DNA of 63,308 bases, the filler included, from Folioceros fuciformis (lineage: Eukaryota): assembly GCA_049999805.1 (NCBI GenBank). It is 7 parts of 7 records of this genome, joined end to end, with 100 filler letters (N's around TTAATTAATTAA, not from the genome) between each part and the next. Parts side by side here need not be neighbours in the genome. Positions count along the whole stretch, not along the records: positions 19,576 to 32,463 come from JBNGIO010004140.1; positions 32,564 to 46,809 come from JBNGIO010004141.1; 5 more parts are not named here. One strand, 5' to 3'. This document shows, in pieces, positions 24,349 through 35,734 of the stretch (within the stretch, counting starts at the first letter, position 1; the number at the start of each line of letters is the position of its first letter). A program made the position numbers and the translations under genes. The notes below the pieces were generated by a model that was given only the letters and a program-made list of their open reading frames with translations, ran no database searches and was not told the DNA's origin.

Positions 24349-26301
24349 TTACGGAAGTTCCTGCTCTGTCACAAGACCATGCCTCAGAAGCTGAACGTGA
24401 TGTTGAGAAGCTTTCGCCAAACGTACCCTATCTAGAAACTGCTGCCTTTTCTGCTCCTGAGCCTCCATGTTCTCATGCTGCCTGACGCTGTCCCCAAGTT
24501 CCTGGAACAAGAGGTTGAACTGATCCATGATGGCAATTTGCGCAGGCAGGTCGTAGAGAGCCTTGGCCAGGGTGAGAGAGGACATGAGTATTTTCTCTGC
24601 CCCGTCCATGTCGTGCATGGACAGAGCAATAGAGCCGAGCACAGTGAGATACTGTGATACAAGCTGTTGGTTTCCTAGATGTCTATAAGTTAGTTTAAGC
24701 CCGACAGCTAACCGCACTCGAGCTTCTTGTCCATTCTGTTGGCTCATCTGCAGCACGCCCGTGAGAAAGAGCAGCAAGGTTCTCTCTCGTACTCCTAAGT
24801 TGGACTCCACATCTTGACTCAAAGGCCCCAGAAGATCAAAGGCCTGTGATGTGTGGTCTGGGTCCCCCACACAGAGGTGGGAAAGAGTTGCATACAGTTG
24901 GCACATAGCCTGCTGACCATTCCTGTCCGCGGCCAACCTTGAGGCTCTGCTGAAATGAGCCGCAGCTTCCCGCGGACAGCCAACAGCATGCGCATACTGA
25001 CCTAAAAGCATGTGTATAGTGCACTCGTACGTCTGGAGGACAACAGAGAAACGACTCCAGCACTGCACCAGCCTCACCAAAGCCTCTTGAGCGGCAACGA
25101 AGTCTGCGCGAGTTAAATCAATGATAATCTTGTTCTCGACAAGCTGCATCCACACCATGAGGCCAACCCCCGCCACGTACACAGAACAAGGCTGCAGATC
25201 ACCCTCTGTCACCTCGTCGTTCACAATCCCTAGCTTCACCAATTCCTTCTCCACCAGAGTCAAGCCAGACTCGAAAAGCCCCAAACACTCTTTGAATGCA
25301 CCCTTCGGCCGAAGACAGACCAATGACATGAGGTCCACCAAAGCTCGCACCATTCCTCTAGGCAGCCACTCGGGCGTCTGGCTGGCTTGCCTCTGAGTAA
25401 CCACGCCCAGCTGCGCCTGCAACCGCTGGTGACGTTCAAGCAGCTCCACCTTCCTGGCATGCGGGTAGTAGGACTGCGCCAACTCCTCCTGCACAGCTTG
25501 CAATTCCTGCTTCAACCGCCACTCCATATCCGCATCCTCCTGCTCTGCGGGGGCCATCTCCTTAACAGCTGTCTCCAAACCTGCCACCCGCGCTGTTGCA
25601 TCTTTGTACTCGCAAATCCGCAACAAGTGGAAAGCGTAGAGCAGCTCCTTGTACATCCAAAGCCACGAGTGTGCTGCCTTCTCCGTGTCAGGTATCTGGG
25701 ACCACAAACGGTCGCATGCGGCCAGCGCCTCCTCCACCGCGGGCCTCTCTTGCCCGTCCATGAGCCGCACATGCACGATAGAGGCTGCAAACACCAACCC
25801 CAATTCCGGATGCTGCGCCCGGCCCGCACACTGCAGCCCGGACTCCAAGGACTGCAACGCGCTAGCGAACTCTCCAGCCTCCGCCAACGCTGACGCCATC
25901 TGCAGGCTAAAGTTGCATGCCCAGCGTAACGGCAGCTGCCCCTCATCGCTCAGAGCCAGCTCCAGCCCCTTCTTCAGAGTTTGCTTCTGCGGCCCGTAGG
26001 CTCCAGCAAGGCGGTAACAGCGGGTAAGCAAGCTCAGAGCCCGGCATTTCAGCTCAAAGCAGGCGGGGATCTGCTTGAGGAGCAATTGGGCACGCTCCAA
26101 GTGGTACCTGGCCTGCGCCACATTGGTGGTGTGCTGCAACAGGAGGCCAGCCACCCGAACCCTGCTCTTCACCTCCGTCAGAGGCAGGAAGGCAGGCTGG
26201 CATTGACACACTGCTTCCAGACACTTGATAGCCTGCCCAATGTTGCCTCTCTGCTCATGGCTCTCCGCCAAGACCCACAGTCCTTCCGCTGCCGCTTCCA
26301 T
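24349..26301 (-). CDS. SCC4: Cohesin loader subunit SCC4/MAU2, no coding introns
   Basis: 650-aa ORF; N-terminus AEGLW.LA..H...G.IGQAIKCLEAVCQ....FLPL.EVKSR.R.A.LLL....NV..A..HLER..LLLK.IP..FELK; C-terminal GNQQLVSQYLTVLG...SSLTLAKALYDLP.QI. Confidence 0.93.
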   Translation of the reverse strand: MEAAAEGLWVLAESHEQRGNIGQAIKCLEAVCQCQPAFLPLTEVKSRVRVAGLLLQHTTNVAQARYHLERAQLLLKQIPACFELKCRALSLLTRCYRLAGAYGPQKQTLKKGLELALSDEGQLPLRWACNFSLQMASALAEAGEFASALQSLESGLQCAGRAQHPELGLVFAASIVHVRLMDGQERPAVEEALAACDRLWSQIPDTEKAAHSWLWMYKELLYAFHLLRICEYKDATARVAGLETAVKEMAPAEQEDADMEWRLKQELQAVQEELAQSYYPHARKVELLERHQRLQAQLGVVTQRQASQTPEWLPRGMVRALVDLMSLVCLRPKGAFKECLGLFESGLTLVEKELVKLGIVNDEVTEGDLQPCSVYVAGVGLMVWMQLVENKIIIDLTRADFVAAQEALVRLVQCWSRFSVVLQTYECTIHMLLGQYAHAVGCPREAAAHFSRASRLAADRNGQQAMCQLYATLSHLCVGDPDHTSQAFDLLGPLSQDVESNLGVRERTLLLFLTGVLQMSQQNGQEARVRLAVGLKLTYRHLGNQQLVSQYLTVLGSIALSMHDMDGAEKILMSSLTLAKALYDLPAQIAIMDQFNLLFQELGDSVRQHENMEAQEQKRQQFLDRVRLAKASQHHVQLLRHGLVTEQELP

Positions 26302-26549
26302 TCCTGCCCTTCACCTCTGCCCCATCAGCGCCTTCATGCTAACCAGCCTCCGCCTCTCTTGCAGCCTTGAGCTAACAACCGGCCCTCGGTATCCATGTTC
26401 GGCCGGCACCTTCATTTGTATGTACATATGTTCAATGCTTGTCGACATGTCCATACATAGTTTAATACATATACGTACCTAGCATAAAACTACCTATTCT
26501 AAAAAAACTAGATTTCTTTAGAAAACTATTGTAAGCAACTTGGTCATGG

Positions 26550-26830
26550 CTATGCTTGACCCACAATTTTTTTAATGCATTCTTACGGAGATTTCTCCTC
26601 ACAACACATACCTTTCAAATCCATTATGGGCTTTCTTCAAGTTAAGGTACTTTTTGTTTCTCATTGGCAAGTGTAATTATATTCTTATTCACATTGGGTT
26701 TCATCTTGTACTTTATCCCCTTGGGATCATTGCATTGAGGCCCACAATGTTATTGTCATTCATGACGTTCTGCCATCACTTGAGAAAGTAATTACATGGT
26801 CTTGAGGGAGTATGAGTACACTCTTTGTAT
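26550..26830 (+). mobile_element. Highly decayed fragment probably of the same CRE-like family
   Basis: Remnant reads TFQI...GFHLVLYP/GDHCIEAHNVI, comparable to FQIA...SHLARCPIWGHHIATHDTV at 34080-34250. Confidence 0.4.
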
Positions 26831-27225
26831 GGGTTATTCCATCCAAGCTTACCTTGTACTAGATACAAGACAATCAAACAAGATATGATTTAAATTAACC
26901 AAAGTAAAACAACCATTAAAGATATTCAATTAAAAAATACAAAAAAAGATCAAACCAGCCTAATTATTGAGTTAATCCATGTCCTTATTGTCTTGAATTT
27001 GCTATGGTTTGGAATAGTGTTAATGAAGAAAACTAAAGGCTTGGTCAGTTGGCATTAAGAGGTGAAAATCTATTGGGACCTTAAGAAATAAAAAGTTCAT
27101 GAGTTTTTGATCTATGAAGTGACACATTAAAATTAGCCATGAGATAAAGCTTCCAACAGGGACATATAGAATCGCCGTGAGATAAAGAATCACCTTATTT
27201 ATTTCTATCATTCAAGGGGCCTAAT

Positions 27226-28130
27226 TGTTAGAAGTGGTTTTGATAGCATGCAAGAGAACATGGGTGAAATATGTAGCCTTCGTATGAGTGGTAGTGAGAC
27301 TTAGCTTTAAGCCTAAGATACGTGGTTACTAGAAATGTAACATGAGGTTTAGCATAAGAGGGGGCCTAGCCACTTAAAGCTAAGGGAACATGAGCTCACA
27401 TAATGAGCCTCTGTGCATTTTGAGAGTGTGTAGGCTTGTATGACATGTTCAAGTATGCTTTGCACAAAGCATGCAATGTGTGGAACTCAATGTGTTCCCT
27501 CTTTGTGATGGGTCACATGGTATCATAGCATTGTAGACTTCTTTCGCCTTTGATAGTTGGATGCTTCTGTCAAGACTTAGTTTTGTGTTTGTGAGATCGT
27601 TTGGGCAATGACAAAACTCTTAGCCTTGTGCTTGTGAGAGTTTGTGTGCTTTTGCATAGCTCTTAGCCTCAAGCTTGTGGGAGCTTTGTGTGCAAATGTG
27701 AAGGCCTTGTAGACTTTGTAATGCATGCGATTGGAATACTAAGATTGTTAAGGAAGTAAGAGAAAACAGAAGATGGCTTCAACAACCCTAACAACTAGGT
27801 AGGTAAGATGAAGGTGATGGACATCATAATAATGTTGAGTAGTTTGCCAAAGGCAAGGCTCTTGTATATGGGTTTAACACTAATGCTAGGAAAAGAATTG
27901 TGGACCTTTTAGAAAGGGAATACAAGAGCTATCACTCACTGTGAGACAAAATGTGTATGCAAGCTCTCTTGCATGGGGCAACTTCATAATATATTGGCCA
28001 ATTCTAAGAAGTTTAGGGAGTGTTAGATGTAATTTCTCACAACATACTTGTAGTTTGAAGGACAGAAAGGTTGCTATTGCCTAACGAGTCGGTATGAGTC
28101 CTTGGGTCCATGTGGAGTAGAACTTGGACT
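27226..28130 (+). mobile_element. Ty1/copia-like LTR retrotransposon relic (5' LTR, PBS, decayed gag)
   Basis: TGTTAG(27226)...TCACA(27517) immediately followed by TGGTATCAtAGC, one mismatch from the tRNA-iMet primer-binding site; downstream remnant MDIIIMLSSLPK resembles the copia gag LxSLP motif. Confidence 0.6.
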
Positions 28131-28440
28131 CTCCCAACTATATGCATGGTGTGCAGACGGAGAGGAAGAGCAGCTTTCTGCGTGGTCAAATGTCATCGGC
28201 GAAGCCAGAGCTAAAATTGGGGACAGAATACGATAGGACAACTAAACCGCGTTGCCGTAAGAGTGTGTGTTGTAATTGTTGGGCCTTCACTTGATTGGGA
28301 GTCCCTTTAAGGCAGCTGAGCTCATCAAAGTGAAAGAAACGGCTCTGTCAGGCTCTGCACCTAACTCTTCGGGAGATGGAACCGCTGGTCTCTCCCAAGG
28401 AGTCAACACTGAAAGGCCCTCCCGCCTAAGCCTGTAAGTT

Positions 28441-31400
28441 CTACGCAACCGCTGTGAGCAGACCACTGTGGCGGAGCAGGGCGTCAGTTGATGGCTCTCT
28501 TCCCCGGAAATCAATGAAGACCTGCGTGGAGATGAGCAAAGGCAAGCTGTCAGATCCACCGAAGCTCATTCGGAAGCATCGATTGAACGCCACAAATCAA
28601 AGCTTACTTAAAGAAGGGGAAAAAAAGAGGTGCAACAATCGTACCTCCAGGGGGGGACGGCCTCCTCCTAGTCCTAGGACAGTTTCTCTGAATCGTTTGC
28701 CAGTTTCTTTCACAGCCTATGAAGCAAGAAACACAGCCCAGGGATTATATGCTTGTCTGAAGGGGGATTTCTTGACCCTAAAACAGACATGGATCCTAGG
28801 CTGCGGGAAAAGCACCTCCTCATTGTCAAGGCCGGCTTCCTCAAAGGCTGAAAATGCATCCGCTGACAGTACTTCGGCCCACTACACGCGGACATCGTCG
28901 TCAGTGCATTCCGCTGAAGGAACATGAGAGGACATACACACGACTAAGCAATGACACTCAGAAAGCAGCAAGTTTCTAACCTTATAGCTGTAGTAGCCAG
29001 CTGAGTATCCACCTGCAATCAGATGGCAAGTTAACTCACAACTCCAAACAAGAGCATGCTTGAATTAACGCTAGGACAAGCCATATTACCTGCAAAGATG
29101 TGGCTGAACCCACAGAGGAACCGGTCTTCTGGTAATGGTTGCAAAACCTGTGTCTTCTGAGCTATCCTCCTATCTACATCAAAAATGGTCTCTGGGCCAT
29201 TGGGTATGAACTTTGAGTGCAGCTCCAAGTCCACAAGGGCAAAATGAATCTGTTAAGACGAGAGGCAAAATCAGAAACGTGATTCTCATCACAGACAAAA
29301 TTCTTCTAAATACTGGAGACAAACTTTTTTTGATTCCAGACGTATGTAGTGGCCATACCTGACGCAACATCATGGACGCTGCTCGGAAAGTTCTTGCTGC
29401 CAACAACTTTGAGTAAATATCCTCTGACAGAGTTTCTCCGGTCTTGAAGTGCTTGGCTATGCCCAACAGGGTGCCCCTAGAATGGGCCACAGAGGTTTTC
29501 AGTAACAAATTTTTAACCGCTTGGCCACAATTCAGCCATTACTTTTGAAATCCTCCTCGGGATTCTGTTGGTGAGAAACATACCGATGATAGCACCAGTT
29601 CTCCATAAACTGTGACGGAAGCTCCACAGCATCCCATTCCACTCCACGGATTCCAGCAACCAATCCCTCATCTTGCTTCGTTAACATATGCTGCAACGCA
29701 TGACCAAACTCGTGGAACACAGTCTCAACCTGAGCCCAAATTCACCAAAATCAGCAGGGTGCATAAGAAAAACGTCACTGTCTTGCACTCACTCATTACC
29801 ATACTTCAAAAATGTTGATGCGTACCTCACGAAAGGTCATTAGGCTTGGCTGATCACCAACAGGTGGAGTCTGATTGCACACCATGTGTGCAACAGGTAG
29901 ACGAACGTGACTGCCCTTGGGTGCCAACAGACGACTGCGCCCAAGCACTTCGTCCATCCAAGCACCTCCTCTTTTCTCTGAGGGCCTGGAGTATGGATCA
30001 AAATAGAAGTATGCCAACGGCTCCCCAGCTAGGTCCTTCACCTTGAAGAACTGGACATCTTTGTGCCAAACCTGGAAAAATGCTAAAACAGTTAGAAATT
30101 AGTAGACATCTGGTCAAGTGTGACCACCCAGTGAATTCAAAATAGATACAGAAACAGGTCACAAATGAGAAAGTCAATTGTATGCAAGCTTACAGGTGCC
30201 AGTCCATCAGCGGCTTCAATCTTTACTCCGAACAGCATCTTTGCAAGGCTAAAAAGACCATCCATTACCCTTGGTAATGAAAAGAAGGGTCTTAACTCTT
30301 CCTGGAGTAGGAAACTCAACCAAAAAAAAATCTTAAGATCAGTATTATTCGACTTCCATCACGTAGCTGGCTTGCAAAACAGCTGCGATCACTTTGACCA
30401 CCTCATTGATGCTGAACGTTGCTTCCCGAAGTCTTTCACTCCAAAAGGTGACATCCCAGTGCCGCATATCATCTCCCTCAGGTGCGCCCTGCTCTTTGGC
30501 AAAAGCCTTCAGATCTTCCAAATCTGCAGCATGCCGTTTGCATTAAATTCTCGGGGTGCTAAGCACATAAACACATGAAGGTGGCTTACATTGCAGGGAC
30601 CACCAACCACATCTCGGACACTACCTTGAACTGCAGCATCCCATGATGTGCTTCGCAGCTGCTCCAAAAGCTCTTGAGCTCTACGCAATGTTGCCATCTT
30701 CAAGGCCATGCTTACCTGAACAGGCAACGCACAGGGACATCTAGATTGCTGATTGCTTGCACCATTACGGATGAGACAGATTCTTCACGCATTCATGCCC
30801 CAGTCCCTGATTGCTAACCTCAGCATGATTTTCATAGCCTAAGAGATTCGCCTTTTCCAGCCGAAGTTCCAAAATTCTATTTATAATGGGTGTGTTGTCC
30901 AGTTCGCCACTTGAGGCTCGAGTCAAGTAAGCTCGATACACTTCTTCTCTCAGAGCTCTATTGCGGGCATGCTGCATGACTGGCATGTAGCTGGGTGCAT
31001 CCAAAGTAATCATCCACGGCCCCTTCTCAGCCGTGGCACCTTCATGACCCTGTTGTGAGAGAATTTCAGCCATGGACGAAAAATTTCACCATGAATACAA
31101 TCTCCGAAACTGAACAATTGAAAGGAAATCAAACACAGGCATAATCTGAAAGCGATGGTGCACCTTAGATGCTGCTGTTTGTGCAGCCAAGCCAAGAGCA
31201 GATGGTGGCAGCCCATCAATTTCAGCAGGATCTGAAATGAGCTTCTCGTACTTTTTGGTGGCATCCAGAATATGCTCACTAAACTTAGTTGACAATTGTT
31301 CAAGCTCCTGCACATGAACGGTATGGCTCAGTAAGTTAATTAGTTCTCTATTGTCATCATTGCCCTCCGTTAGTTCATTAAAGTTCGAGAATGAAGAAGC

Positions 31401-32463
31401 CACCTGCTGGATCTCGTTGAAACGTGTCTTCGCCTCTCCTTCCAGACCCACACCATTAAGGCTAGCCTCCTTCAACTCAGCTACTCATCAAGTAACAAAT
31501 CAACATCATTAGCAGATATCTTCCGTACACAATTATATGCACAAAAACAAAAAAAACACAGATTCGATTAACATCTAGTCTCCATTACCTTCAACAATGC
31601 GTTGTTGAGCTTCTGTTAGCGATTCCCAATGCACTCCTTCGTGAATGGACGTAAAAGCCTCATAGATCGGTTTGCTTTGACCAAGCCTCAGAGTCAAGGC
31701 AACCCTTTCTGGCTGAAACATCCCAAGACACAAGTGTGAAGAAACATGGTCGACCATCACTGTCAACTTGCGTCATACACATAATTGACTAAAGAATGTA
31801 CTAAACATTCAGTCCAAACAGCACACCTGCACTTCTTCCACGGCTGTCCGAAGTTCTGGAGAATCTTTCACTGCCTTAAGATGGCTGACCGTGCCCCAAG
31901 CTACGGAAAGCCTGTCCACAATCTTCTCCAGTGGCTCCACCAGTCCAGGCCATGTGGGCTTGACATTCTTCTCCAGGTCCAAGAGCTCTTGCTCCTGCAG
32001 GCAGACACTGCTTCAGGCACCCCACATTTGCCTCGGACCTTCATGCAGCATAACTGCTGAGCAGCCCGTTCTTGAAAGACTACAGTTGACCATGCCTCTA
32101 GACGAATGGACAATGCATGCTTACGAGCTCCTTCAAAATTGTTCGGATGCCAGGAAGCACATGGGAGGCATCCACTTTATCAAAAAGAGGGAATTGTGCA
32201 GCCACCAGAAGTGGATTCTCCACTCTCTCCTCAGTCACAGTAGCCATGCACCTAGCGGCTCCTGGGACCGGTTGTAAACTCGCGAGACCTCTGTCGCTCC
32301 AGCTCCGGGAAGCCTCCGATTCGCCTGCAACTCCCAGCGGTAAGAATCCAGAGCTCTGAATCGCCCAAGCAGGCAGAAACGGGACGATCCCCACCTTGCG
32401 TGCCTCGCCTACGCCCCCGGGAGAAAGGAATGTGAAGGCGGGTGTTGCTGCCGTCACAGACTC
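28441..32463 (-). CDS. OOP: Organellar oligopeptidase A (peptidase M3A), multi-exon; transit-peptide start lost in gap
   Basis: ENPLL...[64 protein letters not shown]; zinc motif [65 protein letters not shown]. Confidence 0.96.
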
Positions 32464-33228
32464 NNNNNNNNNNNNNNNNNNNNNNNNNNNNNNNNNNNNN
32501 NNNNNNNTTAATTAATTAANNNNNNNNNNNNNNNNNNNNNNNNNNNNNNNNNNNNNNNNNNNNGCTCTGGGGCGCTTCGCGGGCTTTGCCCTAGGGTTCA
32601 TCCTTCTACCAAATCAAAGACCAGGAAAAAAAACGTAAAGCAAGTAAGAGTCATCTTAATATCGTGTTGATAATATTAGAATACTTTGCATTGGAAGGAG
32701 AGGAGAGGTTTTTGGAACTTTACAATGAAATATCTAGACTAGCAGAAAGTTGTATAAAGCTTTGGCCTTTCTGACCATAGTCAAGTAGAAGGCCTATACG
32801 CTTGTCTCTGTTGCTAGAAGCCATTGTACCATTAGCTGTAATTCAGTCTAGAGATTGTGCTTGTTGGTTAGTTTAGCAACTTTGTGTCTTCTTGATTCAA
32901 TGAAGTGTATATTCTACTCTCCATTGCGACGTAATAACATAGTCATGATGGCGGAACTTAGAGGTTGAAGGAGGAACATAGTGTTGGCGACAAAAGGCGT
33001 CCCACTACAAGAATTCCACCACAAGTCCCTGACCACGACATCACAAGACTTGTGATGTTTGCCTTCCAAGTCTTAAGGCTGAAAGGCGAACAAGTAATAT
33101 CCTTGTTGACATGAGGACCTGTGTACTCGAGAATACTTGGTTGTTAGTTTGCATAGGAGCTAAAACTAGGGGGGTTGTATACCATTATTGACCTATGAAG
33201 TGACATGTGCTCAGTAAATAACCAACCT

Positions 33229-33325
33229 TCTACAAGTGTCGCCAAAGGTGTAACCCCATCTACAAGTGCCCCCAAAGGCGTAACCCTATGTACATGTGTC
33301 CCCAAAGGTGTACTCCCATCTAACA
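33229..33325. repeat. 30-bp tandem repeat x3
   Basis: tctacaagtgtccccaaaggtgtaacccca with variants. Confidence 0.85.
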
Positions 33326-33439
33326 ACGTAACCACCATTCCACATTCCTTTTCATTGTTTTATTAAAACAAAGTTTTTAATTATGATTTTTATTATACAA
33401 AATAATGATAAAGAAATATTGTTTAAATGGAAGTATCAA

Positions 33440-34885
33440 AAGACATGTATTAAAGGAAGAAAGGCAAGTCAGCCAACCACATCTTATCTTAGTCGGAAGT
33501 GGACCAGGTTCCCTCATTAGAACTAATGCACCTTCTCTAGTTTTCTTATCAAGTCTTTGGAGGTTCGACAATCAAGCTAAGCAAGCTCTTAAGGACATCA
33601 TGGGTCCCGGCATCTTCGAGTGTACCGTTGGTCGATTTGGCTCAGAAGCACGCTTCCTTGCCGGTCGCGTTTAGAGGGGTGGCCTTTTAGCCATGGAGGC
33701 CTCTGCCCCAACTACCTTTTTCAGTAGATGGGCCCTCTTGGCTTCAATTTTGGCATCTCGTTTTTTGCTGCAAGATTCCTTCTTCTTAAAGGTTTTTATC
33801 TCAAGTGTTGAGAAGGGCATATCCCTTTACAAGTATCTCTTAGGCAAGCGAGGGACTCTTTACATTTGGAAGCTTATGAGGCTCTACTTTTTTTCACCTC
33901 CTTTTCTAGGAATGGTTTAAGGGATCTCCTGGCCTCCCTACTAGATAAGTAATATAGCCAAGCATTATGAGCTCTTCTTTTGGACTCATGCATCTCTTGG
34001 TCTTCTTGGGCTCGTATTCGCTCTTGTTCAGGTAAGGGAGAGGGCTCTTGGCTTTTGGCTTGATCTTGCATCTAGGCGTTTCAAATCGCACCAGCAACTT
34101 TCACCACCACAAGGAGATTTCGTTTAGGTTTGGCCAACCCCTTGGTCTTATCTTTCTCTTCATGCAATTGTGGGGTTGCCATTGTCAATACAAGGTCCCA
34201 CTTGGCACGTTGTCCCATTTGGGGGCACCATATTGCCACCCACGACACAGTTCGAGATGTCATGTTCTTAATGGTTAGGGAGTGTGGGTTTCTTCCATGT
34301 AGGGAGCGTCCATACACTTTGCACAATGAGGTTTCATTTAGAGCCGACCTATTTTTCATTAGGGGGAAATAAGTTTTGTGTCGCTGATGTGGTTGTTACA
34401 TATCCCACTAGGGATTTGATTTGCGAGCATATTATCATCAACCCCCCTGGATGGACGGTAGAGGGTTGTGTAAGTGCCAAAGTCCATAAATATTTTCCCT
34501 TGCAAGATGGGCATACTTTCACTCCCCTTCCTCTTTGAGACTCATGGGGCTATAGGCAAGGACTTTCAAGATTTATCAAAGGAGTGTGCCAAGGTTTATC
34601 AGAGTCATAAGAATGGTGGCCTCCATTACTTTGATAAGAGCATTGGTTTAGAACAGCAACAAGCGTAGGTCAAGCAACTTCTTTTGCACAAGCAACTTCG
34701 TTTGCACCAGTGGTAAGTAGGCTTTTTATTATTCCACATCATGACATTTTGGGAATAGTAGGTAGTTTTTGAGAATGATGTTCAAAGGGTCTAGTACCCT
34801 TTTGGTCTTTGGCCGTACTCGGGTTGTTCCTCCAATCTTTAGAGTGGATGGGACTTTCCATCTCTTTTTCAATAATAAAAAATAC
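33440..34885 (+). mobile_element. 5'-truncated, decayed non-LTR retrotransposon with CCHC knuckle and restriction-like endonuclease (CRE-like)
   Basis: Broken frames: RGGLLAM...AP..F..RW (post-RT GGLG region), RFRLGLANP..SCNCG......SHLARC....HIATHDTVRD, RADL, VADVVVT, AKVHKY, PLP/FETHGAIG; A-rich 3' end caataataaaaaa. Confidence 0.8.
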
Positions 34886-35327
34886 TTCTTAATCGAAAGT
34901 AGAAAGATCTTTGATTTAGAGCTCAAATGTGCCCTTCCCGTCTTCGGCGCTTTCTACCTTTATTTATGATGAATAGCACAACCTTCCCCCTCGCCAATTA
35001 ATACAGTTTAGAAAACTTGAGCATTCTTAGTTGTGAAATGGATGGATTCCTCCCTTGGCTTGGTTACTTGCCACTCATTTCTTTGCTTTGACACCTGAAA
35101 GTCCATAAGGAGTAGATGCTTATGCTTTCACATAATCAATTTTATTGGAAAATACATATAGAGATGTTTCACGGAACTTTCAACATTCAGTTTCAACTAT
35201 TTCTGCATTATTTAATCGACTTGAACCTAAGGTGGAGAGTGCATCGTGTGTTCTACATTACGCGTGGCAGCTTGATAAACAGGTGGTTCCTTAGATTACC
35301 GGTGGTTATACAAGGGGAAAGGACCCC

Positions 35328-35495
35328 CTAAAGGAAAGGAAATCAACCGAGACTCCGTTAGTAGCGGCGAGCGAAAGCGGATTACGCTTTGTGAGAATTC
35401 AAGCCCCCGGCCTTGATTCTCTCTTTATTCGATTTGTCTAGAATCGAAGGACGGAAGAACCAAAAACAGAAATGGTGAAAAGGTTGGAAAATCTT
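35328..35495 (+). pseudogene. rrn26: Short organellar LSU rRNA-like insertion (probable mitochondrial rrn26 NUMT)
   Basis: ctaaaggaaaggaaatcaaccgagactccgttagtagcggcgagcgaaagcggatt matches the conserved LSU domain I segment (AGTAGCGGCGAGCGAA) in a form I recognise as plant-mitochondrial. The core is 35328-35383; the right boundary is approximate. Confidence 0.7.
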
Positions 35496-35734
35496 GTCCA
35501 GTCCATATTCACACATGGACCTCTTCACGCTTAAGAGAACATCTCACCAACATAAACCTCGTGGGTGAGAACAATATAAATCCGATCGGATCAATCAACA
35601 ATTGGAATGATGGGTAAATAAAAGTTTTTTATTACCAGTATCACTTTCTTTCAAGACCCATCACTCAGGTTTGTCAAGCACAAGTGAGCTTGGCGAGCAT
35701 GAATGGGGACCATGAAGGAAAGGCACAAGCCATC

